Shown here: piece by piece, positions 26,056-38,445 of the stretch
Layout of the letters: the number at the start of each line of letters is the position of its first letter
Numbering within the stretch: position 1 is the first letter of the stretch
Assembly (NCBI RefSeq): GCF_036321535.1
Contig: NC_087445.1
Span: 10,108,001 to 10,172,000, forward strand
Length of the DNA: 64,000 nucleotides
Reading direction: 5' to 3'
Source: Camelus dromedarius
Lineage: Eukaryota
Translations under genes and position numbers: made by a program
Notes under the pieces: generated by a model
The model's input: the letters and a program-made list of their open reading frames with translations, nothing else
Databases searched by the model: none
What the model was told of the DNA's origin: nothing

Positions 26056-28934
26056 AATTTTTTTTCTCTCTTTTGATCTCTTTTTCCTATTAATATATTT
26101 ACTTGCAGGGGCACATAAACAGTAATTTTGCAAAACACTTCCTTTTTGTTTCCAAAAGACATTAATTAAACCCACATAAAGCAGCAGATGTACAGTCATT
26201 TCTGTGCCTTTTAGTCTTCACTTGTTGAGAAAGCAAGCCTTTAGGTGAGCAATGATGCCCCCATTGGCAGGGCGGGGGTGGGGGTTTGCAGTGACTTGGC
26301 ATCTTCTGGCACATTTTTGCCTTAGACTAAGTTAAGGTGCCAAGCCTAAAACAATATTCCTTTGCAAGATTTAGCATGGAAGGAATTATTGAAACCACAG
26401 GGTAGAAATTAATGATTAGCTTGAGGTGCTATTAGCATATCAGGAGAAAGGACTAAATGAGCTATGATCTGAATTAAAATATGTCATCCTGGAAATTGCA
26501 AGTGATAGGATGGAGAAACAGTACTGGGTAATAGGGGAGAAGGAATGAGCTATTAGACGGAGAAGCAAGGAGACAAGCATTTAAATTAAGAGGACAGGAC
26601 AATGAGACAGCGTGCGTTAACGTGCACACTCCCAGACTGAAAGACACTGTGGTTAGTCTTTGTAGACAGGAAGCGATCCATCAGCTGGGCTAGAATGCAG
26701 CTCTAAGGGGACCAGGCAAGGAAAAGGATGCAAAGTACTTTTCTGCTTGGATAAAGCAAGCAGACATAAATTCATCCCAAGCACTTCTCCCTTAAGCGAC
26801 ATCATTAAGTGCTGCCATGAGCAAAAGGCTCACTAAACAGAAAGTTACTGAGGGGGAAAAAAAATGGGTGAGGAGCTATAAAAAGCCTGATGAGTCAATG
26901 TTTGAGAAAAAATACAATGAAAAGTGAGTCACTTTGCACTGTTTTGGCAAAGGTGGGCATCAAAATACAATATTTATATTTGTAATTATATTTAAGAGGT
27001 AAGGGAGAGAGAGAGACAGGCTGAGAGAACAAGAGAGAGGAAACTAATAAAATCACATCCCCATTGGAATGAGCCGTCTGTTATAAATCTCTCCACGCTT
27101 GTGCTTACTGACAGATCACCTCATCAAGAGCTGGTTTCTTTGTTTGGGAAAGTCAGGTGTGTTTGCCATGTAGCATTGCTACTTTCAGCATGGTGTGCAA
27201 GCTTTGCTTCTAGAGTGTCGGTCCACCCAGTGTGTCTGGCTCGAGGAAATCTGAGTAGGGCAGAGACAGAAATATCATGAGCCTGTAGCAGCTGCACTAC
27301 AAACAGGCCAGCAGAAATGATTATAAGGTTGTTTTTTTAATATTTTGTTTGATTGAGAATAATTAATGAAATTAGGTAAGACATTAGATTAGCCCCTTTG
27401 AACACCAGGAAGCATTTTTGCCCTGCTGTCAAACACAAAGCTATAGACATGGATAAGTAACCATTATTTAAGAACCCATAAATTTCCAGGTTCAAAGTTC
27501 AATGACTGATTTTGACAAGCCCTATTTAATAAACACCAACCCTAAACCCAAAAAATCAGATTTGTAATCTCAGCATCTCTGTTTCCAGATAGTTGTTTTT
27601 TTAACTGAAGTTTATTTTTGCTGTGTGCTTCAAAGTTGAGAATAACAGTTTTATGTATAGCTTTTCATTGTAAGCAAAAAGGAATGAAAGCCTTCATAAA
27701 ATTATCATGTTATGATTTTTTAAAGCAAGTTCTCATCTTGTCAATAGCATTTCCAAAACTTTTTTTTTTCTTTAATTACCAGTTTCTTTTTTAAAAGTTT
27801 TACTTCTGGGGACTAGTGCTACATAGGTGAGGGGGATGCATTCTATTTCCTCACATGATAACAGTCTACTATGGAAGTCAGCATTTTACAGTGAATTAGC
27901 TGAGTGAGAAAATGCTGCAGTATCAATTCATATTACAAACCATGAGGAGGCTACGGTGGCATTATCAGCTTTCTTACATGATAGAACAGTTCTTCACATA
28001 GAAGATGCTTGAGCTGGAATCAGAATGAGAAAGGTTTGGCAATTTGTTATCATTTGGGGCTGACATTAGCAGCTATATGGGCTTGTTAGTGGATAAGGGA
28101 ACTGTTAATTTTTCTATATGGCTGGGGTTTAAGGAGTGAAGAAATGGGTCAGTGAGTGGTAGGTAAGGGTTTAACCAATATTATAATAGTTGAACAACAT
28201 CAAGATAAAATACTATTACCTGCCCTGCTGAATTCACCATCAGATTAATACTATGAGTTGGAGCTTTATTGTATCATAAGACTTTGTGACTTGCTTGTTC
28301 TGCCTGATTTGATCTTGGTGATCAATAATAATATACACTGCTGTCAAGCAAGTCAAATTTGTCATCACAGACTAGTTTCATCTATTGATTTGCTTTTTAC
28401 CAATTCAGCTAGTTCCACTGAATGATGCAGAAAGGGCAACAGAAGTAGATACTATTTCGTATTCAACAGAGATGTCTAGAAATGGTGTCAGTTTATAATT
28501 GGGCAAATCATATTCTTTTCTCCTTCCTGTTTTTAGAATTAACAAGTTTCTCAGCCTTTCAAATGCCTTCTTCATTAATTGGTGAAAATAATGATTCAGA
28601 CAGATGGCTTCTTTAAGGGAAGTAGTTACTATTATATCCCTTGGGGAAGAGCCATCTGCTCCGATGTGGGTGGGGGGCTTCCAGATGTTGCCATTTCCCT
28701 ATCACCTGTGGGGTCTTTGTAACCCACTATTTCAACTATGATACAGGACTCTTTAAGGAGTAACAGTGTTTACATGATCATTTCCATTAACACATGTAAA
28801 ATATCTAGGTATAGCCAAGTGTATTGGATTGAGGCCAGAGTCCTTTCTCACATCTCTTCTGTCCCTTCTCCAGCTTCATATTTTAATTCAAAGTTTAAAT
28901 CTTCCATTATTAAAACTATTGTAAAGGGGGGAAA

Positions 28935-29690
28935 TCCTAATTAGAATGGGCAAAGTATCTTGATTGGGCAGATACTTTTCCAAAGAAGATATGCAAGTGG
29001 CCGATAACCACATGAAAAGTTACTCAGCATCACTAATAATTAGGGGCATGCAAATCAAAACCACAGTGAGATACTGTCTCACACCCATAAGGATGGCTAG
29101 TGTTAAAACAAATGAACAGAAAATAACAATTGTGGGATATTGGCAAGAAACACGCAGAAAATAACGAGTGTTAGATATTGGCAAAATTATATATCCAAAA
29201 GAAATAAAAGCAGGGTCTGCGATATCTGTACAAACATGTTCACAGCAGCATTATTCACATTAGCTAAAGGTAGAAGCAACTCAAGTGTCCCTATATGGAT
29301 GAACAGATAAACAAAATGTGGTATACATTCAAGTAAATATTTAGCTTTAAAAAGGAAGGTAGTTCTGACACATGCTGTACCATGAATGAATTTTGAAAAC
29401 ATGCTAAGGGAGATAAGCCAATAATCAAAAGAAAAATATTGTACTATTCTAGGCATCTAGATTAATCAAATTAATAGAAAATATAATGATGGTTGCCAGA
29501 GGCTGGGAGCAGGGAAGGCTGGGAGGTATTGTTTAATGGATAGAGTTACAATTTGGGAAAATCAACAGTCCTGGAGATAGATGGTGGCAACATTTGCATG
29601 ATAATGAATGTATTTAGTGCCACTGAAGTGTTCCCTTAAATATTTTAAATCGCAACTTTCATGTCATGTATATTTTGACATGATCACAAT
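28935..29690 (+). mobile_element. L1MB-like 3' fragment
   Basis: ORF2 C-terminal fragment ([14 protein letters not shown]...[12 protein letters not shown]); 3'UTR 'ggagatagatggtggc...tgccactgaagtg'. Confidence 0.9.
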
Positions 29691-31139
29691 AACACTGTGG
29701 AATTTGTTTTTTTCTGTTTCAAAACTAGCAGCATGTGTTCTAACTTAGAGGTTGTGCTTCACTCTTCCTTCCCAGCTTGGGGAAATTGCAGAGAAAGCCC
29801 ATAGCATCTCCTCTATTTTCTTAACCTTTCATCTTTTCTCTTTCTAAGAAATTGATAACTATGTTATTCTCCAATACAAGCAACATATCTAATTCTTATA
29901 CCCATAGACTAAATTTTCCCTCCTGGATCAAGGATGGCAACATGTTATAATAGCTGAACAAGAAAACAAGACATGAGAGCAGGCTACAAAGGAAGGACAC
30001 TAATGGGGTCACAATGAACCTGAGATCACAAAAGTAAGCAAAGTTCAGGGAACATAAAATTGCAGTTTAGAGTATAGTGAGAGGTCTGTGTGGATACTCA
30101 AAAGCCAGAAATCTGCACAGCCTCAGGATCAAGATGAATAGCCCGGGCAAAGCAGTCGCTGGTCAAATTCCAAAGAACTCATAGAAAATTTGCACTGTGC
30201 TAACCCTGGAAAATGAGGGACACTGTGATAGGCTTTTCCACATAACGTAAAAGATCTCATCTGCTCTGTATTCTTACGCACCATCACCAGTGGCAAACTA
30301 CACTAAAGGAGGCTAATAGAATGATAGTAAAATCTCTGGCAAAGTTACTTTTTCCCTATAGTATCATGCCAGAATGAATAACTAATAATGAGAAGTAACA
30401 TTTACATAGCACTTGTCATGCTTCATATAACTAAACAGTGGTGGTTATACATGGTCTGCACCAGGGTTGTAATCCTGTACTGGAAGGAAGGATCATGCCA
30501 ATAACCTTGCTTTGTCTGGCACTCACGAGAGAGTACTTCTGATAATAACATCAAGAAAATCAAGTGCTTTAAGATACATGTATTCAGATATCTAAAAATT
30601 AGCAGGTAAAAATAATAAAAATCTAGAAAGAGGGTCAATTTTTAACTATTGAGTTTACAATAAAAACTACAGACATTGATACAGAATTCTTTATAAAAGG
30701 AATAATCCAAGTTAAGGAAAAAAGCAATGCAAACAATGCAACACACATGGCTTACAATAGTTAAAAAAAAAGGGAATAAACTAAAATGCTCCAATGAGGA
30801 GAGGTAATTATCATTTTAAGTATATTGTACCAACATGAAAAAGCCATAAACAGTAATGTGCGAAAATGGAAAATAAAAATGATACACTAAGATCACAACC
30901 ATGTTAAAATATATAACCATAAAACTTAAAATGATCACACATACCTTTTGGTAAATTAAAATGGATGTGATTTTTCTCTTTTAAACTTTATGTAATGATA
31001 AAATGATAAGAAATGTATGGCTTTAAAGAGACATGAGATTAATAGCTCTTATTTGTAGTGTTTACATGACTTCAGTAATATCTTGAGAAATCTACAAGGT
31101 AAGTATTATTGCCACTAAAAAAGGAGGAGGAGAATTAGA

Positions 31140-31412
31140 GGTAGTAGTGATAATGGTGGTGGTGGTGGTAGTGGTAGTAATGGTAGTAGTGGTAGAGGTA
31201 GTAATGGTAGTGATAGTGGTAGTGGAAGTAATGGTAGTAGTGATGGTAGTAGTACTGGTAGTGATAGTAGTGATGGTAGTAGTGATAGCAGTGGTAGTAA
31301 TGGTAGTAATAGTAGTAGTGGTAGTGGTATTATTAGTACTGGTAGTGGTGACAGTAGTCATAGTAGCCATGGTAGTTGTGGTAGTAGTAGTACTGGCCAT
31401 GGTGGTAGTTGT
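31140..31412. repeat. Imperfect (GTA/GTG)n trinucleotide repeat
   Basis: About 270 nt of in-phase gta/gtg/atg triplets; produces the poly-Thr and poly-Val ORFs. Confidence 0.95.
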
Positions 31413-31562
31413 AACTTATGGTTAAACTGGTCACACAGTTACCAGGTAGAATATTTAGGACTTGACAGATGATTGGTCTGCCTCTGAAACTTACAGTCTT
31501 TAACGTATGCTCTCTCTGTGTTTGACCCCATGCTGACTCCGTGTAATTGTTGTGGAAAAACG

Positions 31563-32088
31563 TGTTACAACTCAGTTGTGACAGCAACCTGGATCCGGGT
31601 GAGAGACCAAGTAGCACTTAGAGAGTTGGAGAACTCAGGTTTATTATGCCAGCGGGCCAGAGGAGTTAACACTTCAAGCTCTGGACCCCATCTGTAGGTT
31701 TACACAAGCCTTTTATAGGCTGCCAGTCTTACACTTTGCAACATCATATGCAAATAAAGTACAACAGAAGTTGACCAACCAGGAACAAGCTTTGTAGAAA
31801 TAGACCAATCAGGAGTGAGCTCCATGCAAATGAAGTACTACAAATGGACCAATCAGAAGTGAGAAAAATAACCAATCAGAAGCGAGAGTAATAACCAATC
31901 AGGAGTGAAGGAAATAACCAATCAGAAGTGAGCTCAGGGCACCAATAGATCTCTAGATGTAAGTTAGCCACTTTAGAGACAAAAAGTGAGATAGAGCCTC
32001 TGGGCCAGGGAACCAGTCGTTGCTGGGAGGAGAGCAGCAGCCCTGCCTAGGGGGTCCTGCCGCTCTTTTTATGGGGCTTCCCACCTCA
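31563..32088 (-). mobile_element. Class I (gamma-like) ERV 3' LTR, 526 bp
   Basis: On the minus strand it starts TG (32088) right after a polypurine tract AAAAGAGGGGAA (32089-32100) and ends ...GTAACA (31563); TATAAAA at 31711-31717, AATAAA at 31640-31645. Confidence 0.9.
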
Positions 32089-32110
32089 TTCCCCTCTTTT
32101 AATGCTCTCT

Positions 32111-32545
32111 TTAACATCTGTAGGGAGCATCAACCTTAGAGTGGTGTCCCTTATTCATCATTGGTTCTTCCTGGTCCAGGGGCCTGTACTGAGTAATTAC
32201 TAGCTGTAGTCTCAGTGACTCTATTCGTGAGCTAATGAAATGGGTAATGAGATTAAGGATGCAGGGACCAAACAGCAGTGCTTGAAGGATCACAAGGAGG
32301 GGGCCTGCTAGGGGGAGGAGCCAGGAGGCCGAACTCCAGAGGTTATTCCATTGTGCCCAGGAGTTTGCTAATTCCTGGTTTTTGCGTTCAGCTTGATCTC
32401 ATAATTTTTGGACCATATTTCTGACAATACCTGATTGATTTACATAGAAACAGCATTCTTCATTTAGGAAGAGACAGAGTCCCCCCTTTTCGGTGGTGAG
32501 CAAGTCTAAACGCCTCCTGTTCTGTATGACTACTGCTGCTAGGAA
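32111..32545 (-). pseudogene. env: ERV env, transmembrane subunit fragment
   Basis: One frame: [15 protein letters not shown] (immunosuppressive domain), CLFLNEECC (CX6CC), *DQAERKNQELANSWAQWNNLWSSASWLLPLAGPLLVILQALLFGPCILN (TM anchor), then cytoplasmic tail; single TGA at 32399-32401; SU absent. Confidence 0.92.
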
Positions 32546-32804
32546 CCCCACCTTCCATTTCTGAGGAAGAATGATAAGTAGACATATCCTTGAATGAAAA
32601 ACCCTCAAACCTTCCCATTTTTTTCCTCACCCACTCTCCTTGTAGGCCTCATTTTCTTTCTCATGGAAACATGTATATTTCCTGATAGAATTAAAGAGCA
32701 GCCTCCAAATCTAGTCTTTTTCTGTCAGTGAAATTTTAAAAGTTCGATGGAGAAAGTGTATTCCCTCAGAATCTGCCTTTCCTTCTCAAATGATTAAAAA
32801 TTTT

Positions 32805-33460
32805 TTTTGATTTTGAAATGTTAGACTTACAAGCGGCAGAGATTCCTGTATCTATCCCATCAGCTTCTGCAAAGGTAAGTATCTGACATAGCATGGTAAA
32901 ATTGTCAATACTAGCAAACCAACATTGTCATAATATTATTTATTAAACTGCAGACCATATTCAGATTTCACCAGTTTTTCCACTAATGTCCTCTTTTTGT
33001 TTCAGGATCCAGTTCTGGATCTGACATTGCAGTTTTTTTCCCTAAGTCTCTTTCAATTTGCAACAGTTCTTTAGTCTTTCCTTATTTTTTTTTTTTTATG
33101 ATCTTGACACTTCTGAATAGTATAATTGATTAATTATATTCCAGAATGTCCTTCAATTTGAATTTTTCTGATGTTTCCTCATGATTGGTCTAAGGTTAAG
33201 AATATGTCCTTCTTCAACACTTGGTATCAAAAACAATGTCAATATATTTTACTGCTGATGCTAACTGTGATTACTTGGTTAAATAGTGTTTGCTGTGTTA
33301 CTATCTTTCCATTTATATTTAATAAATATCTTGGGGTAGATATTTTGAAAGTATGATAATATCTTGTTTCTTCTGAAAGTTTCACCTGCTACTCAGTAAC
33401 CTCTGGTGGGCCTTGTCTAGAACAATAATGTCTGTGGTGTTTGCTTACTGCTGGTTTTCT
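32805..33460 (-). mobile_element. Old L1 3'UTR (L1MB8/L1MC-like)
   Basis: 'aactgcagaccatattcagatttcaccagtttttccactaatgtcctctttttgtttcaggatcca'. Confidence 0.75.
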
Positions 33461-34711
33461 ACTGAAGTGTAATTGGAATCTGTAGCAAGTAAAGAGCACA
33501 TACATGGCACAAGAAACAAGTTTTTTCCTTCCTCAGATCCTCAATATAACCTGGAGAATGTGAAAATATATCTCTTAATATTGCCTTTTCCCTTAATCAG
33601 TACTGGATTCCATGGAAAATTCTACTTACCTTCAGTTAATAATGGTGTGTCATTGTTCTCAGTCACCTAATTTACTTTGGAACTAGAGTAGAAAGAGTGA
33701 AAAATAAGATTCCACTGTACCGTATGATGATATGAGTCTACTTCCTGCATAATTTCCAATGATAGGGGAAAACGTTGGCAGTATTCCTTTCAATATGAAA
33801 GATGTCAACAACCAAAGAAACCTCATTGACTTTATTAGATATCCCCTAGTTTGTGCCTTTAATGAAACAGATTTGATGACACGTAAGAAAATATCTCTTC
33901 AGGTTCCATTTGTTTCAGTATTGTCTAGCCCTTCTGAGCCTAAGTTGTTTTTCAAAGGAATCATAAAATAGACTGACATATCATATTTCCATAACACTAA
34001 AGGAAAAGTTTCCCTCAAGGAAAACATGGAAAATTAAGTGACTCGAAGATCTCCCATCTTCCCATTCCATTCAGACAAGGGACTCAGAGAAGTGACTTAA
34101 GAAGCAGGCTTGGTTGTGCCTGTATGTGTATATGTGTCCCAGGACAAGTCTTCATTTGATTTCAGTTTCTCTGAAACTAAAGACAGACAAGTGCTAAGAT
34201 CTCACATTTCATGGAAAATTTAAAATACTATTTACTCAAACTGAATAGGCAGAGCGTAAATTAGACAGTTAAGTAACAGCATGGTTTTCCTGAATATACT
34301 TTTATGTATTTTATTTATGAATAATGCTACTTGTTATTCCACTTGCCTTCTTGTTGCAAATTAACTCTGACAAGTAAGACATAGGTTAGAAACATTAATC
34401 CTTAAAGTGTATATATGACTAGGTTTATTTCTATCATTTGTATATTACTTGAAATATGCAGTATTTTATAGATTATATCAAGACATGAAAAGAAACATGT
34501 TCATTATTTTCTCTTATATATAGAGTATTCATAATGAATGTTTTTCAACTTTAATCGCTAGAAGTTAAGGGTTTTTTTTATTATTTTTTTACAGTTTTTA
34601 AAAATTGAATGAAAGAGTGTTTAAATTCTACAGTGCTTTAAAATTTTCAAGAGTTTCACACACATGATTTCATATAATCCCATAATAATCCCTATTTTTT
34701 TATCCTCTTAC

Positions 34712-35435
34712 TCATATGTTACCCCTTCCCCATTCCCTCTCCCCACTGGTAACCACTAATTTGTTTTCTATATCTGTGAATCGGCTTCTTTTTTTGTTTT
34801 GTTTTGTTTTACTCACCAAAATAAAATTAAAACTTTTTCGATTCCACATGTAAGTGATATCATACAGTATTTGTCTTTCTCTGACTTGTTTCATTTAGCA
34901 TAAGGCCCTCTAAACCTCTAATTTTGCAGATGGCAAAATTTCATTCTTTTTATGGCTGAGTAGTAATCCACTGTGTGTGTATCATACCTTCGTTAACCAT
35001 TTATCTGTTGATGGACACTTAGGTTGCTTTCATACCTTGGCAATTGTAAATAACATGGCTGTGAACATTGGGGTGCATGTATCTTTTTGAATTTCTGTTT
35101 TTTTCAGATATATATCCAGGAGTGGGATTGCTGGATCATATGGTAAGTCTATTTTTAGTGTTTTGAGAAATCTCCATACTGTTTTCCACAGTGGCTGCAC
35201 CACACTACATTCCCACCAACGGTGTACAAGGGTTCCCTTTTCTTCATGTCCTCGCCAACATTTGTTATTTGTGTTCTTTCTGATGATAGACATTCAGACA
35301 GTGTGAATTGGTATCTCATTGTGGTTTTGATTTGCATTTCCATGATCATTAGCAATGTTGAGCATCTTTACGTGTGTCTGTTGGCCATCTGCCTTTCCTC
35401 TTTGGAAAAATGGCTATTCGGTTCTTTTGCTAATT
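34712..35435 (-). mobile_element. L1 3' fragment
   Basis: ORF2 C-terminus: [36 protein letters not shown] (35030-35293). Confidence 0.92.
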
Positions 35436-35544
35436 TACATGTTTGTCAGTTTACCTATACCAGTACAATCTTAGGCAAAACGGAATGGTAAGTAAATTTA
35501 GTCTTTGCTTTCACTGATTTTCCTTCTTTACTAAATTCCGCATA

Positions 35545-35880
35545 CAAAAGTGTGAATCCGTTGAAAATAGGATCTTTGTCTTAGCCATTTCTGTATTTTC
35601 ATTGCTTTAATAGTACTCTCACGTTATAGACATTCAGAGTACATTTTGCTGAATTCAATGGAATTGATTGAAATGGAAGGGAATTCAAGATTATCTCTGG
35701 TTAAGAATGAGAGATCTGAATATGGAGATAGAGAATCTGAAGGTTAAATTACAGCTCTGTCACTCAGAAACTATGACATAGAGACATTTAGTTTCTTGGC
35801 TGATTTTTTTAAAATTTCCTTATAGAGTTGCTGTGCAGATTAACTGATGAATGGCATCCTGAATTTCCACTCCTATGATA
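35545..35880 (+). mobile_element. L2 3' end relic followed by a MIR relic
   Basis: 'ggatctttgtctt...ttatagacattcagagtacattttgctgaatt', then 'ggttaagaatg...agctctgtcactcagaaactatgac'. Confidence 0.5.
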
Positions 35881-36469
35881 GAACACATCTCCATAATATG
35901 AAGAGGTGCCACTAGTGAGCCAAAAAATTAAAGAATTCCTGGGATATAGAAGGCAAATGAGATTAGATCAAAAGCAGAGTAAAAGAATCAGAGCCCCCAT
36001 ACATACAACACAAGGTGGAGCACATGTCAGCAAGAGGAAAAGAAATTTTCAGACATACCAAGTTCTAAGTAAAAAATATCCTTTTTCCTAAAAGCTCCAT
36101 CTAATTTACTATCCCATGAACATTGTCTTTCTAAAGTGAGCCTCAGTTCTGACCAGAAGAAGGGCCCATGTGTAGGTATTAGGATTTGAGGGAAAAGTAA
36201 GCATAGCTGGGCTTTCTAAATAATGAAAAAGAGAACAAAAAGGTTCTACACATGAAATGATTTTACCTTCTTATTTTGGAGATTGGTGGGTGCCTAGTTT
36301 TTCTGCTACATAACATGCTAGAGCAGAACCTGTCAGTCGACATGTATGGCAAACTTAACACAAACCAATTTAATAAAGTCTGCTGTTTATGCTCGTCCAG
36401 GGGAGGGAAATATTGGGGAAACAGGCCTACATACCTGCAGAGAAAACACCTACCAGGTATCTATTAAGC

Positions 36470-37410
36470 AGCCTGATTTCCCACTTAAAAACACAACAAG
36501 CCATCCCAACCACCTGCAATTTAGGGAAAGAAAAAAAAAACTATTTGGATAAAAGAGCTAAATATGCAAATAGAGAAACAGACCCAGGGGACATAAAATA
36601 AAAATTTAAAAAAAACTCTAGTCATATTCTTAGAAAGACGTGAATAGTCATTATCTCTAGGAAATAAGTAGTAAAGAAGCACAACAAAAATGTATTGAGA
36701 ATGTAAAATAAAATTACAAAATACAACTTTATTAGGTTAGGTAAACAATAGGATGGATGCAGGTATCTACCTATTTAGTAATCACAGATTTTTTTTGGGG
36801 GGGAGGAGGAAATCCTGAGTCCAAGATAAGAAGACAATGGAAAATAGGAAAACATTAAGAGATGTGGAGTATTAATCCACATACTGGGAGGGCTGAAAGG
36901 AGAGAATGAAGCATTTATTAACAATGTGATGAGGGGCGGGTATAACTCAAGTGGTAGAGCACAATTTAGTTTACAAAAGGTCCTGGGTTCAATCCCAGAA
37001 CCTCCTCTAAAAATGAATAAACAAATCTAACTACGTCCCCCACCAGTAAAAATAAATCAATAAAAATATATAAAAGAAATTTAAAAAAATTTTAAAACAT
37101 TATGCTAGAGGAGAATTATTCTGATCTAAAACATCTTAGTAATTTTAGGCTTTCAAAATGAAAACGAGTTCGCTTCATTATAAACAGAAGGAATGTTAAA
37201 TAATAGGTACCTATATATTTCACAACTCCATTGATGATGATATTACCTTCAGGAAGATGAAATTGGTTACCTACAAATGAATGCAAGCCATTGGCATAAC
37301 TTCTATCAGTAATACATGACGATACAAAATAATGTTAAATTTCCATTAAAATTCTGAGAAAATTAATTCATTCTGAGAATTCTATATCTAGCCAAACCAA
37401 CAATCAGAAA
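36470..37410 (+). mobile_element. Ancient L1ME/HAL1-like ORF1 relic, interrupted by a SINE
   Basis: ORF1 C-terminal motifs 'ggttacctacaaatgaat...aacttctatcagtaataca...aaaattctgagaaaa...agaattctatatctagccaaac'. Confidence 0.5.
36933..37092 (+). mobile_element. tRNA-derived SINE (camelid Vic-1 type, longer-tailed variant)
   Basis: 'ggggcgggtataactcaagtggtagagc...aggtcctgggttcaatccc...acctcc' plus A-rich tail with 'ctaactacgtccccc'; homologous to 18135-18247. Confidence 0.9.
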
Positions 37411-38445
37411 TTGTATATATACAGGCACACATGTGTGCTCAGATAAGTGAATCCATACGTATTGTCTGTATTTGAAAAAATTGCAGAAGATCATACGGTG
37501 AACAACTGGAAAAGCAAAAGAAAGAAAAAGGCTGACCTGAAATATTACAGGAAAAAATTAGAGTTGAGTCTGGCTCATGAGACAGCAATAAATCATGGAA
37601 GGGATTACAAGAAATTTCATTTCACCTTAAAGATTAGAAAATTATCCTTCAAACAGCATATGTTTACTTACTTTTCTAAAGAAGATAAAAGCACACTGCT
37701 TATTCTGCATTTCTATTTACATGATGCGTTAAAACTGTCTTATAAACTCGATGTCTGTATGAAAAATTGCCAGCAATCTGGATTATGTATAAATTCTGTA
37801 ACTGTTTCAAATTTACTTGTTAATTCTGCCTGTTTAGTTACTTCAGAACAATTAAGTTTGCAACAGTGAAACCCTACCCTCCATAAGCATTCTCCCCAAC
37901 ACCCCCTAAAATGTGACATTGTTCTTTCTGGAGAACAGCTCTGTCAGAATTTTCACAGAGTAAGTGTTTTTCAGTCAAATCAGATGAGATCAAAGAAGTG
38001 GTTTCTTTTGAATTCAGTGAAAAGAAAAAAAATTTATAATTACAGTCAATAAAGTACCTGTTATTATGAAAAGTAAAAGCTAAAGCCATCCATGCTCCAT
38101 ATAAAAAGAAAAATATAAAATAATCAAAGTGAATACAAATTCCTTGTCGTACAAAGCAGCACCCCAAATTTCATGGGAATAATTTAGGTCAAAAGTGAAA
38201 AGGAACATTTGTAACATATATATGTCAGGTTTCAATTTAGGATTATATATATATAAACATTAATTTACAATTTCATAAATCTTGATTTTTTTTTGGATTC
38301 CAGCAACTATTATAGAGAAGATATTTCAAAGGAGACACCATATTGACTCCTAAATCTTCATTAGCACATTTCAATTGTCATAATTAACCTTTTAATTCTT
38401 CTCATTGGTGTCCCAAATACTATACTGGGTGATAGTTATAAATGT

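Noticed and set aside
31092..31425. Mucin-like poly-Thr and poly-Val ORFs
   Set aside because: By-products of a triplet repeat; no signal peptide, convincing splice context or unique domain.
31845..31946. CRISPR-like regularly spaced repeats
   Set aside because: Head-to-tail 23-bp units with no unique spacers, inside a retroviral LTR in mammalian DNA; no cas genes.
32111..32608. Domesticated syncytin-like env gene
   Set aside because: No signal peptide, SU, furin site or fusion peptide, and there is an internal stop; the ORF's N-terminus comes from flanking DNA.
37447..37869. 140-aa ORF
   Set aside because: GTG start, AT-rich, no recognisable domain; adjoins an L1 relic, so probably chance.
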